A DNA stretch of 56,883 bases, counting the filler, from Basidiobolus ranarum (taxonomy: Eukaryota): assembly GCA_040143965.1 (NCBI GenBank). It is 6 parts of 6 records of this genome, joined end to end, with 100 filler letters (N's around TTAATTAATTAA, not from the genome) between each part and the next. Parts side by side here need not be neighbours in the genome. Positions count along the whole stretch, not along the records: positions 38,026 to 47,409 come from JASJQH010007708.1; positions 47,510 to 56,883 come from JASJQH010007709.1; 4 more parts are not named here. One strand, 5' to 3'. Under the pieces are notes generated by a model. That model worked only from the letters and a program-made list of their open reading frames with translations, did no database searches and was not told where the DNA came from. Position 1 is the first letter of the stretch; each line of letters opens with the position of its first letter. Positions 38,370 to 51,178 of the stretch are shown here, piece after piece. The translations under genes were made by a program, and so were the position numbers.

Positions 38370-38853
38370 GGCCATCAAATAAAGTTGATGATTTGTAAAC
38401 TAAATCGTATTTGGATTTTATTTGGTAACACTGAACTGACGTATCTCCCTGAGGCTTATGCTTGATATACGTAGTGTGCAATATAGCCACTGCCCAAATG
38501 ACTATGCGAAAGCTACACCTTCACCAATCCACGCCAAATAGGTTGGTATATCAGGTATCGGTGTAGTGCCCGGACAGGTATCCTACTTCAACGTGACCGG
38601 AAATTAGAAGTCCACCCTAATCCTGTAAGACTCTATTCTTGCATGACGTATCACGTGGACAGAATCTAGTTTTCCTATTGATTGTACGCAGCCACTAGAA
38701 GATCTGTACATCCCTGAGTAATGGACGACGGGAGTTGAAGGAATTGAAATAAATATACGTGGATTAGCCTGTGTTTAGAGCTTGAATCCCTAGTTGTGAA
38801 ACGCTTTATACCCAGACAGGATAGAATTGATACTTGTGTAAGCTTCGGGGCTC

Positions 38854-39076
38854 CAAACTGGTATTTGATTTCCCAGTAACCAGTTTGTTTCTGCGACAGT
38901 CACTGATGAAAAGATGGCGTCAGTGATTACTGCATGAACATCTGCCGCCTGGGGCATGCAGAGTCGCATGAAGTTGGTGGAGGCAGTGAGTAAAGAGTAG
39001 ATTGCAAAGTCTACTTGTGCACTGCCATGTTCTACTGCAGGAGGCAGCTCCAGTGAAAAGGCCTATTAATTATAGG
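38854..39076 (+). ncRNA. Candidate structured non-coding RNA of unknown family
   Basis: Consecutive and nested helices with G-U pairs and a GCAA tetraloop in an ORF-free intergenic region (see findings). Confidence 0.35.
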
Positions 39077-39929
39077 GTATCGTTCGTTGCAGTTTGCTCA
39101 ACTATGTATCCACTTAATTAAGATCGTTTTGGGGAATGTTGCACGACAGTCTCATTTTATTCTGTGAATGCTAATTGAATGCTCGTTGAATGTGGATCTG
39201 GAATGGATAATAAGGTTTATGATGATTCTTCATTTGGATATATCGCCAATGCTATGAATTCATTCGTCAGCAAGGCACTGGGATGATGCTGTTTAGTGTA
39301 TGCACGGAGATCTTCAAGAGTTCGTGTTTTGTAGTCTTCATATTGCGTCTATGCGCAGTCCCCAGCGACGCTTTCATAAACACTGTGGGCAACTGCTACT
39401 GTAAGCAGTCACGCAGAAATGCCCTGGCAATCTAACAATATTTGTGCGTAGAGTGGACCTTGCATGAACGGTCAAACTATGGACAACGGGACTTCTTTTT
39501 GGTGTGGAATAGATGGTGGTTTGGTTTCAGGTTTAGGATCGATCGAATATATAGCTATCTAATAGAGGATAAATGATTGATCTGGAGAACGAAGGCTTTG
39601 ATTGGTCCGCCAGAACCATCCTAACCTTATAACGACGTTTGAAAGTAGTCATCTTTGAAACAAGAGTATCTTGGGTCTCAAAACCTGAAATCGATTTTCC
39701 CGAGTTGCTATTTTCTCTCTTACTTTAACCCTTTTAACTCCTTCGTTCGATTACTGTTTAATTTTGACTGTCATAAAGATCTCTATCCTTGATTGAAATT
39801 TTAGGGAAGATTTTCTCTAGTAATACCAGTCCAAATACTTTACCCTTTATTGATTCTCGTTGTCATTCTCCAGTCTCTTGACCTACGTTAAGAAAGCCTT
39901 CTATTATACCAAAACTAAGGAGCTTCACC

Positions 39930-41714
39930 ATGACTGAGTGTCCGGAGTTGGCAGAGCAGGTCGTTCCACGGTTCGACTTGGATTTAAAAGAGTTGCCTAT
40001 AATACCACGAGTTGAAATCGACGAAGTATCAATGATTGGTTCTGACTCTCAAAATTCTGTTGACGAAATCCAAAAGGAGCTCGCTAACAAGAGACGTAAT
40101 CTCTCTAGTTCCTCAATGCCCTGCTCCGAAATTCGTAAATCTTATGAGTCTGGCTCAACGTGCTTGTCAGAGAGTGCTCTCGATTTGGAAAAACTTGCTG
40201 GTCAAGTTGACAGATACGGCTTTCTAACTGAAGGTCGGACGGTTCCTGATATAAGGTAAATTTTCATTTTAAACGGCCTTGTGTCTTTGGTAAGAAAATG
40301 CTGGGGTAAATTTACTGATGTAACCCATATAGTTCCTTGAAAAGAGAAGCAAACCGAGCGTTAAAATGGAAGGGAATGATCTTGAGTAAAGCTATAGGTG
40401 CTTCTAATCTCCGCTTATATTCTTTCAAAGAGAGTAGAAAAGTGAGTGCCTATTGATATCATTTGGTGTATCCATTTGCTAATTCATATTTAATCATTTC
40501 ATAGTTGACTAAAAGAACTTATAAGGGTGTTCCTGACTGCTGGCGTGGTGAATATTGGTGAGGGTTATTTTTAGAGGAAGTTAGCATGAACTTCAAGTAT
40601 TTATCAACTATCTTAAATGTAGGTATTTCTTAGCCACCCGAAAGATAGATCAAGAAGTCGAGAAAAAGCTGATCAATGAGTATCAAGTACAGTCTTTCAA
40701 TAACATCTTGTATGCTTTGCAGCAAATAATCTTCGACATCTAACTGAAATTTTAAAAGGTGCTGGCTGGCCTAGAATCACAAGATGAAAACCAAATTGAT
40801 CTGGATATTCCACGTACTTTACAAGATAACATCATGTTCAAGCAAAGATACGGTCTTGGGTAGTGTGATACTTTTTATCTCAACCAAGCTTCATCTTTAA
40901 TTTAACATTATTCTGCAACAGACAAAAGATGCTATTCACTGTTCTGACATCGTTTTCAAATTACGACCCAGAAGTTGGCTACTGCCAAGGAATGGCAAGT
41001 GTAGCTTCGACCTTACTTGCCTATATATCAGAGGAGGTAAATATCTAACAAGTAACTGAGTTTGTATTTATACTCACGAATGGCCGCATATTATAGAAAT
41101 CATTTGTTGCTTTTATATGCCTATTTCAACATTATTTCTTGCGAGAAATGTTCTTACCCGGATTCCCTAAATTAATGGAGACCTTTCATGTCCAAGCTAA
41201 ACTTATGAAGAAACACACGACTAAATTACTTAAGCACCTGGTATGTAGTGTTTCTCGGAATTTGTATCTGCTGGATGAGTACTATTTACTGATTGTTCAT
41301 TTTAGAACAAGTTGGATATTCAATTAAGCTTTTTTGCAGCACGGTGGTATCTTACGCTCTTCTCAGCTGATGTAGTGCCCCACCAGACGGCGCTTAGGAT
41401 ATGGGATATATTTCTGCTGCACGGATTAGACATGCTGATATGTGTGTCAGTTGGTTTACTGAAGTACCATGAGAGTAAGTATATATATATCAATAATCCG
41501 CATTTTCGTATAGTAATATATTTATTACGTGTTAGTTACTCTGCTTAACATGGGATTTGAAGATATTATGAGCTTCTTAAACCGTCAGATTCCCGTAGTC
41601 AGCGATGACTTTCTCATACTTAACATTGTAAAACCATTGTATGAGCGTCGTTCTACCCAACGAATTATTTCTAAAGCCAGAGACGAACACAAGCGTAATA
41701 ATGTACCCAGTTAA
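39930..41714 (+). CDS. TBC-domain Rab GTPase-activating protein (USP6NL/TBC1D10-like), multi-exon
   Basis: Spliced VDRYGFL..REANRALKW..KGVPDCWRGEYW..QIDLDIPRT (Arg finger)..VGYCQGM (Gln finger)..RWYLTLF..LRIWDIF. Confidence 0.93.
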
Positions 41715-42188
41715 GAGTTGACATTTTCTGTAGAACGGGATTTTCTGCTCACAGCATTGCACTGGTCTGTCAATAATTATCACATACAAAGCTTGTCTTC
41801 AGCGTGTTTTTATGAACGAGCCATTCTTACCTAAACAAAAAGTGCGTAGTCAATAATTGTTTACCTTGGTAGATAAAACTAATGTAGACTAACATTCAAA
41901 TATTCACTAACAAAATCCATCGTAATCTAACCACTGTCGTATGTGACATCGAATTTGGATGTGCCCTTCTGATATTTGAAACCATTCTCTCAGCATCTCT
42001 GCTGAATTGCAGGCGGATCCCAAGAAATAAGAACCACCTCAACACATCGTGATGACTTCTTTAACAAATCTGGACAGATGAAGTTCACCAGAGTCAAGTG
42101 GTTACAGTGACAGTGTTGAGGGGAAACTATATATCGATCAAGTGCCAAATAGGTTTTATATGCACAGTTGGAATAAATTTACACAAGT

Positions 42189-43641
42189 TCAAATCAATTT
42201 GTATTCTCTGTTTTCTGGCTGGAACAAATCACCAGAGTCCACTAGTTTTTTGAGTGAATCCAATAGGACCTCTTTAGGTACATGCTGAAATGCCTTGATA
42301 GATCGAATCTTGGTGATGATGGTGATTTCATTGACATTGTCTATCCAAAGAATAGGGTTAATGTACTGCTGCAATTGACTTTGAATAGAGGGTCCGAAGT
42401 ATTGCTTTACCTTGCTCATGCTTGCTCATTTCCAGTCGAATTATTTGAAGAATTTGCTTGCCAAGATTGACTTCATGATGAATAACCTCATATACATCCG
42501 CATCTGCGTCTCTCACATAAAGAAATCCATCTCTAACAAGTCGCTTGATTCCTCGAGAGAAGAGCGAGGAGATTCGTGGTGGCGCTGGATCGGTGCAATG
42601 ATACTTAAAGGATTGGAGGGTGAGTTGGTGTTTCTTTTCCACAGACAAAATATTCCGTCAAATGAACGTTACTTGTTGCAACAGAACTTGCTTGGCAATA
42701 CTGATGAGTTCTTCAGCCGCTCGAATGTCTCCATAATGAAAGCTAGTGAATCGTTTTCTTTCTATATACTCTTTCAATGATTTGCGGAAAGTCGTCTCGC
42801 TTAGCTCCACAGTTGTCGTGTTTGGCTGATAGCAATAACTAGTTAGTGGGAGTGTTACATTCATTTAAAAGTAAAAGCTTTGAAATGACCTGTTTCTTCT
42901 CTTCTTTTGTAATATTCGAGTCGATACTATAAGCTGGAAAGAATTCTTCCACTATATCTGTTGGATATACAAATGGGATATCATAAATCTTCAATTTTAA
43001 ATGTACTATCTCTACCCAACGTTGAATCTCAAAATTCACATCCTCCTCTATCACTACGTGTGAAAAAGTGTTAGTTGACGACAAGGAACTCAGAGTCTGA
43101 AAAAAATACAAACCAAGTTCCCGAATTGTTAATTGTCGTCGCTCTCGAAACTCTCCTATTTTCCCGGACACTCGAACTAAAGAACCCAATTCTTTTGTCT
43201 CTCTATAGGGTATCAACCTCTCGGCAGCTGGAACCCACTGAATGCAGGCTATTATTCCAGTACCATCATCAACTAATTGCGAAATCGAAGAAGTTTGATA
43301 TTTGTGATATCACACGAATCAAAAGATAATAAATAAATAAACTCACTACTGTAACTAATGTAGTTGGTTGTGGCATCGGATTCAATAATGATCCCTACGA
43401 TCTCTACATTACGTATAGGATGATTGAGATAGAAATGAACATCTTATAAGAATGCCATCGAGAAAGATAAAGTAAAGGTATCAATAGTTGGTTCAGGTAG
43501 AATAAGGGGGCCTGGTTATAGCTGCATACCTGAAAACTCCGGGTGCGGAACCGTCTCAAGTACATCTCTTATATACAAATGAGGAGTGGCGAAAAACAAC
43601 GGATTAAGTCCCCATACCTGTGGTGGTGGAAATGCTGCCAT
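42189..43641 (-). CDS. STN1: CST complex subunit Stn1 (OB fold plus winged helices), multi-exon
   Basis: Spliced MAAFPPPQVWGLNPLFFATPHLYIRDV..FYLNHPIRNVEIVGII..IDDGTGIIAC..LGSLVRVSGKIGEFRERRQL..DVNFEIQRW, with winged-helix-like ends LVRDGFLY and LVDSGDLF. Confidence 0.9.
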
Positions 43642-43850
43642 TATGAGGCTCTCCAGCAGAACCACAGCCACTTTACATGACTCGAATATCAAGGATCATC
43701 AGACTGCTTTTTTCAATTGTTTTTATTTGATGACTTTCACAAATTAACCCATATGAATGTAAAATTTTGTTGTGGTTAAATATTTATAGATGATTGAACT
43801 TCGCCAAGATCAAATCCTAGGTGTTCTGGTTTTGCTGGCATAATATATAC

Positions 43851-45151
43851 ATGGTACACTGCACTACATCCTGGAAAACTACAGCGGAGTTTACTGAGTA
43901 CTTTGAACTCACAGGTAAGAAAAAAATCATGTTAAAGAGCCAATTCCTACTTTCTTTCTGATTGTTTGACATCCACATAGAGAGTGACTCTGTTAAAAAT
44001 ATCGATTCCATTGTCACCTTTATTCAGGATGAAGAGTCTTCACCGCCTCTCTTTGACATTTCCGGGCCACTCAAATTCCAAGGTCTTAGTTTGATAAGTA
44101 ATTCCCGAACTGTAGAAGTGTACCTTGATGAAGAATATTTTAAAACGTTACGTGGAACTCTTATCCAAGTAGAAAAACATCTTAATCAAGATGATTGGTA
44201 ATTTGACAACCTTTATTATTGCCTTTATCTTTCTTTAATTCTGACAAATATTTTTCAGTAAATATTATCAAGTGGAATTTAGTTCTTCTGTGCCGAAACC
44301 TTGCCAGCTGCTACGTTTGAAAGTAGTTTGATTTTTTATTGATTTTCTTATACTCAGACTTACTCCTTTTCTGCAGTTCCTTTCACTACCGAAAGAGAAA
44401 AAAGCATGCTTACAGGTGGCTAGGATAACATTACGAGGTCACGAAATAGAAGCGAAGCAACAACATCCTCAAAAGACTCCAGTACGTTTACAAATGGAAT
44501 CATGGTGTAGTTGTTGTTGTTCCATTCCAATTACAAAGTTACAAACACTTTATTTTATATGTAGTCTGAAGCTTTCAATCTCTCAACTGTCACATCCATG
44601 ATTAGATCTTTAAACATTTCTCAACCTGAAGTCATTGCCGAGACATCCTCTACGGCCAAAGTAAGAATAATTCCTTGAGTAATTACTATCAAAGAAAGTA
44701 CTAATCTATGAATCTGTTGTACTATCAGATTGATATGAACACATTAAAAACACTCATGGATGGAGCTAGCTCAAACAACCCAACCCTCACTCAACTTCTT
44801 CGACACATAAACCAGGCCAATACTCAAAACTCACTATCTGAGATTCCAAGTACACTTAGCATGACTTCAGAGAATAGCCAACAACCGACCTCTCCAGTCT
44901 CCCAATTACATTTAAATGCCATAATCCCTGGTATGCATAGCCCCTATTCAGAACCAGCACAAGGTCAGCAAGTGCCAAGTTCTATCCGCCACTCTCAGTT
45001 AGAGTCGTGGCAAACTGAGATTCAACTTGCCCTCTTCGAAAAAATGGAGGCTAGATTAGTTCAAATGGAAGAGAGATTGAACGCCAAATTTGAGACTATT
45101 GAGAACAAGGTGGCTGAGCTGCAGCAAAGGGTTGACAGTATGACCAAATAG
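43851..45151 (+). CDS. PAAT/C10orf88 (DUF4506)-like protein
   Basis: Exons 43851-43914, 43981-44197, 44259-44322, 44377-44480, 44565-44660 and 44729-45151, all in phase. LISNSRTVEVYLDEEYFKTLRG..LRLKFLSL..FNLSTVTSMIRSL.. and a C-terminal coiled coil resemble C10orf88 as recalled (S.ARNMEVY..EEYCGT.RG, KLLS, IDL..V..IM). Confidence 0.7.
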
Positions 45152-47138
45152 ACCCATGCTATCCGAAAATGATAATCTAATAAACGTACAGCACCAATAT
45201 AAGATATATATATAGTGGCCATTTATTTTTGTAGATTAAGACCCTTTTAGCGAAGGTTTTCTTAGGTAACGTCATACTCCCAGATTAAATGACTATTTGT
45301 AGCCATTATTGCATCCTATAACAAATATTAGATACAAATAGAACTGGCGGGCAATAACTCTGCAACAGGTTACTGAGCCATATTCCAAGATGGTAGAGAG
45401 CTCTTTCCATCTACCCTTGCTGAAGTGTTTCACCACACATACGACATTGGATATTCTTTATCTTTATTATCTCGTGGTACAGGTATACTGTCTCATCCCG
45501 GTTCCGCAATATGGTTGAGAGATTAATTACCTGGGGCTCCCGCCTTAATACCATTTAAAATACAAATGTGATTGAGATGCGACATTGCTAATGAATTCGG
45601 GAATTTGTGTGTGAAGCTGATATTTCGAATAATTCGATTTTAGAATGAATGTTGCTTTATTCGTTTAACTTGACAGTGTCAATCGCGCATGGTTTCTTCG
45701 ACTTGTCTGGACTCTGTGAGCCTTCGAGGCTTCGATGACTGTATGTGTTATATAGGTCATAAGCAACCACTCACAGGTATCAGAAGAAATCCTTGCATCA
45801 CTGGCTACAAACACTAGTCTTTAAATCGTAACCGGGTGACCAATTTGGCTCAAACACGTATTATTACAAATAACTTGGCTTTGGGGTGAGTGATGTATCG
45901 CTTGGGGAAGCACTGGTGATGTAACCACCAGTTGATTGGGAGGCCTCGCATTCGGTAAAATATCTTTTCCTTCAGACTGATGTGTAAAGCAACCGCACAC
46001 CGGACAAGGGAGTCATGGATATGGAAAGCCGCCATCCTCTGAATACGTATGAACACGCTATGGACGAGCATAAAGATAATTTCCGAACACCCCTTGTGAA
46101 GCTTTCAATGCGTCCCCATGTTGAAGGCTCTATCCTCGAATGAATGACTGTTTTATCAAGCTATTCGGTGCATGAGGTACAAGTCTAACCCTTAGTTAGT
46201 AGAGCCAATTAACACGTGAGACCAGCGAGTCAAACCACATGACAATGCTTTTATGTTTAGGCATCATTGGGCGACGTCATTCATCAGTCCTACTGACACT
46301 TTGGACAAGTTAGTGTAGCAATGTCCGACTAGAATGCAAGTAGCATGTTCAATACAGGATGGAAACTGAGGCCACACAATAGCAACTCATCTGATGATGA
46401 GCATGAATCCAAGATGTAGGCGGGAGATATGAGCTAGGCGGCTCAAGGGCTTTTGGGGCTCCATCTGGAAATGCAATACATTGACCAAATCTGAATAGGC
46501 AAGGGTTAAGCATTATGCTTACTTAACCCCTTCCTAATTTGGTCGAACCAAGAAACAATTCAGGGATCAGTAATACTACTACGCTTAACCCTATTTTTTC
46601 TAATGATTTACTCTACACGCGCATATGGTACTCAACTCCTGATTTAGATTGACGTAAAGGTTGTAAGTCATTTGAGAAGATCTTGATCTTTCAAGGCTAA
46701 TTTAAGCATTTTACCAATACTGAGGTATCTCAAGGCATCAAATGTGATGATTTCTTCTGGAACGCTGCTTTGAGTGATAGGTGTCAAGATACCTCTAACA
46801 TCAACGCTCTGCCCGTGGTATTTCCTGTAGCGCTCTAGACCCCCTTAACATGAGTTTCATTAGATTCCTAACATGATTTATGCTATCTGCTCCTCAAGTT
46901 ACCATCGCTACATTGAAGATACCACCACGTTAATGATTTACAAAACATATGTGATTTAATATAGGGAAAGTCTACTTTACCCATTCTTAAGGGGTAATTT
47001 CACCTCAGTCAACATCCTTATATTTTTGGGAAATTTCAAAATGATTGGTTGCAGAGATTCTGAAAACATACAAATACCCTGGCTCTCCTTCCAGCTTTTG
47101 CATAGCATCTTCGTATCCTTCTTTTCCTATTCACCACA

Positions 47139-47393
47139 ATGGTGTTAGCATTTATTCGCGCTGCCAAAGTACGTTCTATTTTCTTGCATTTTTCACCCAT
47201 AGGTCTATTATTTAACTCACTATGCACAATTATAGAGTATTTCTCCTGCTGTACGTAATGCCGTTTCAGCTAGAGGCTTGGCAACAGCTGTTGGTGGTTC
47301 CGCACCTCAAAAGGTCTCCATATCCAACTTGGAGAAAGACAAGTACATTAATTACCAAAGAATCGAGGACAATCTGAAAATTATTCGAAAACG
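47139..47393 (+). CDS. ACO1: Mitochondrial aconitase, 5' end (cut by contig edge)
   Basis: Exons 47139-47168 and 47236-47393 give MVLAFIRAAK|SISPAVRNAVSARGLATA..KVSISNLEKDKYINYQRIEDNLKIIRKR, then a GTAAG donor. This matches the aconitase N-terminus (INY....NL.IVRKRL). Confidence 0.85.
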
Positions 47394-47409
47394 GTAAGTG
47401 AGAACGTAA

Positions 47410-47509
47410 NNNNNNNNNNNNNNNNNNNNNNNNNNNNNNNNNNNNNNNNNNNNTTAATTAATTAANNNNNNNNNNNNNNNNNNNNNNNNNNNNNNNNNNN
47501 NNNNNNNNN
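47410..47509. other. Artificial contig linker
   Basis: N44-TTAATTAATTAA-N44. Confidence 0.99.
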
Positions 47510-50500
47510 GCTTCTAGCCCCATCTTCGGTTTCAAGCGTTCGTTAATCTATCCTTACTCAAGGAATGTTACTACTTTGTCAGAAATTCAAGACCGAGAGA
47601 CTAACACGAATTACTCCATTCAGTCCATTTAAGATGCTTGGATTCTCATTCACCTTCTACGAGAAGTTCGTATCAAGCCACAATCAGGTTGCTGCATGAA
47701 AGCCCATATATGGCTAACAGGAAACAAAGCTCTAGTACGTATGATCATCTGAGAAGGTCGGAACTTTAATCGCATCCTGCTCTGCCTGGGCTTCGGTAAT
47801 CGAGTTGGCATTCCAACCGTTCCCAACAGGTGCATACGATTCTAGTACCAGTATGAAATGTGCTCATAGTTTTTCAACTTTAACAAGTGAACATCACATA
47901 TATAGCTATATCTCGAAACATTTGACAACCATTCTGTCATGTAACTAGCTACTATGTAAGATCGGTATAGCCTTTGAAAACGCTACCCATTAGTACTCAT
48001 AGAACTTGAGGTCCAACTCAAAGCAATCCATATAATCAGAACCATGAAAGTCTATCTATCTTCACGCAACAGAAACTTGATAGATGACGTACTACAGTTG
48101 CAACGAATAAGCAATGCCTGAAGGTCGGAAAAAATAAACAAGTCATTTTTGATGATTCGTCTCAATGGGTTGCACAACATGTTTGATGCCAAGCAAGTTG
48201 TATAGGATTTGATAAATATGCGGATATCATTTTACTGCATATATGGTAGAGCTTGGGATTGGAGGGTATCTCGAGCTATTATTGATGTAGAGACAATCTC
48301 GGATTTCATGGCGTTGTGACTAGTCAACCTAAACAATAGCAAGATTCGGCTCATTAGTGATTGAGCATATTCATCTGCGTCACGAATTACACAGTTCGGA
48401 ATACCTTGAAAATACAATGGCACAGGTAAGCTGCAAAGCCGTAGAGGCATGTATTTCCTACGCAGGCGCATAAGGGGTTTGAGATTTGGGGGTACCAAAG
48501 TAGTTACCTATTTTCCGATTTCCTTGCTCTTCGTCAATACCAACTCAGTATGGCGAGTGTGATCCACCTAGCCAGCGTAGCTCAGGTGATTTCAGAACAT
48601 CTCTTATCCATGGTTACCTCTTCCTCTTTTGAAAGCAATGTTTCTTCTCTCCCCTCCAGTATAACTCAATCAATCGACGCTGTAATTTCCAGTGATTATG
48701 CCATTAGCTTGCATTGTTCGCAGTCTCACCCAAGTGGAATTTAGTGTGAGAAATGGATATAAATGGAAAGCACACGTGAAACCAGCATGTAATGGCTCAT
48801 ACTTTGTTATTGATTTGCAGTTGGAAAAGCGCATTGATTGACTTTCTCTGCGAAGCAAGGCACAATCACACTGGTAGATGAATCGGTAGAGGAATCTTCA
48901 ATTAGGATCAATTGACTCTCTGTGATATTGCCATTTGGAGGAGAAAGTCAGATGTTGACTTCAAATCGAGTATGGATCGCTCAAAACAAGTAAGGATCGT
49001 CCAGGTGAGGTCTGCGAGGAGAAACACTAAGAAAATGGGCGGAGATCTTGCTACTGACAGCAAGAATATTCATGGTTCTACTGAACCCTCATCACTGAAA
49101 AAGAGAGCACATAGGCACCCTGCCATTTCCATGACTAATCAGGTCTCGTAAGCTACGAACGGAAATTCGTATTCTCAGTAGAGGTGAAGATAACAAACCA
49201 CACATGCCAGCATAACAACTCGACTCTGCTCCCACGATCGTATCAGCGTGTATGTAAGCCGCGTCGACCTCAGTGTGAAAACATGTGGATCATAGGATAT
49301 TCGTGATAATGGACCTTCTTTGATCCGGATCATTGCTGTTCAGATTATTCCATCCACAGCACCTCTGGTGGAGGCATCTATAGATTATAGAACTATCTAT
49401 AGTAAAAGTAAGGTTCAGGAGAAGGCCTCTCTTGCGCTCAGGGTGATCCGGTTTCACATAGTATGTATATGGTTCAAATCTCATTTGACTGTACTTAGTT
49501 CAAGCTAGCAGCCATATCCAGCCAACCGCTGGATTCATCAATTAAAGTGAATGAACCAAATTCCATGCAGGAGACAGATGCCAATGGCCCTGACATCCCC
49601 TAGGAAAGTATGCATTTGAATAGCGAATATTGATCATCATGGACAGTTGGTAAAGCACGATGCAGCCATATTGCAGTGGTGAATGTAAGGCAATATACCT
49701 CACCTGCATGCGACCACGAACATACTCCAGCGTTTTGGCAGATGCTCATTATCCTAAACGGTCTGGTTTTCCATGTATGACTACACTGGCATTCCTCTCC
49801 AAGATTTCCAGGCACACACCCATCATTCCTGAGTGATGCCCGTTGCATCCTGCTCATCAGTCAGGTTTGTAATGGATAAGACATGTCAGTCAGTCCTGAA
49901 GTGATGCCACTAAGCATGACTACACACGAGATGTGATTTTCTTGATGAATCTAGAAACAGAACCTGATCTGACTCTTGCTTTGTTCGGCTTTCTCTACAA
50001 ACGGTAGCCAGATTGAAGGTTATTATTGCTTGTAACTAAGATCGTTGCTAACAACCGAACATGATCAATTTACCTGGTTGAAGCATGCAGACCCATGGCC
50101 TCACTTGTACCTTATCTATCAAACACTGGCCACGATCAAGGCCAGAGACAGCACTGAAAGATCAATTTCACCCTGCATCCCAACAACTCTTGAGCTCCGT
50201 CTTGATTGGCCGTGACTCAGAATTCCATCCTACCTCAATAGGAATTGGACATAACTGCTTGGGCCAATTAATCCGACACTCCAACCAATCTCTCTGTGCG
50301 CCAATGTTCCATAGGAGTGGCATCGAGAAACACACGGGCGGCGGTTGGAACACTAGCAATCCATCACATATGGACCTAAGCCAGTTCCCATCACAACCGT
50401 TCCGATTTTGTGCAAACCATTATGTGACTGCCTATTTGCACATGTCGCTAGGTGATCTCTTCATGATCTGAGATCATTGCGCTGAAACGGATCGAAGCGT

Positions 50501-51178
50501 ATACTAATCTCAATGTACTCGATACATTATAAACCCACTGGCAAGGTGAGAAGACGCGAGTTCTGCCAATTGCTTGATCAACAGTGATAATGGAGTCAGC
50601 GAATACTTGTATTGAAGTTTAATTCAACATAGATCTGGTCTCTGAGCAAAATAGACGCTCTTTGATACTGCTTCACAACATTGGCATCTGACTTGATTTA
50701 TATCAACACCAAATCCTCTTATCGCCACACAACAAGAATTGAATCAATTTTCCTTCGAAATATTACTGAAAATGACGATCAGCTTTGTTCCTTGACGATT
50801 GTTTTCTTGATAACATAATTCATTGAGAAACAGGCTAAATTGAGTCTTTAATATAAGATAATTTAACTGCACCCCTGTTATTGAAAACTGAACCTGACGC
50901 AGATATGAATTTAGTCGCGACCACAAAACCTGACCTGTGTAGTCGAATAACCATCAGGCTCTTACTATATATATAGCTAGCTATCGGTCGTTTTCTCTAA
51001 AGAAGAAATAGCTCATTCAACCCAAGTTCACTGACTTTCTAGTTCTCAAAAAGTTGAGAGTTACTTATTTCCTTGTATATCAAGAAAATAATCGTCTGAC
51101 GAACAATCTCTCAACGAAATACTCGTCTAGAACTTCGCTAATATTAGTTTGTAGCTAATCCTTGTGACGTTAAACGCA

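Noticed and set aside
39355..39500. RNase P/MRP-like P4 (AGTCCC with GGGACT) and CAGAAA
   Set aside because: CR-I lacks the GAA lead-in and the bulged U, so it was not called. It is kept only as a possible extension of the unknown structured region.
47113..47121. GTATCCTTC U12-type donor match before the aconitase ATG
   Set aside because: No U12 branch site or acceptor fits, and using it would remove the start codon. Probably chance in a pyrimidine-rich UTR.
47510..47631. Possible terminal exon (..IFGFKRSLIYPYSRNV..QSI*) at the contig edge
   Set aside because: Too short to assign. It cannot be taken as a continuation of aconitase across the linker.
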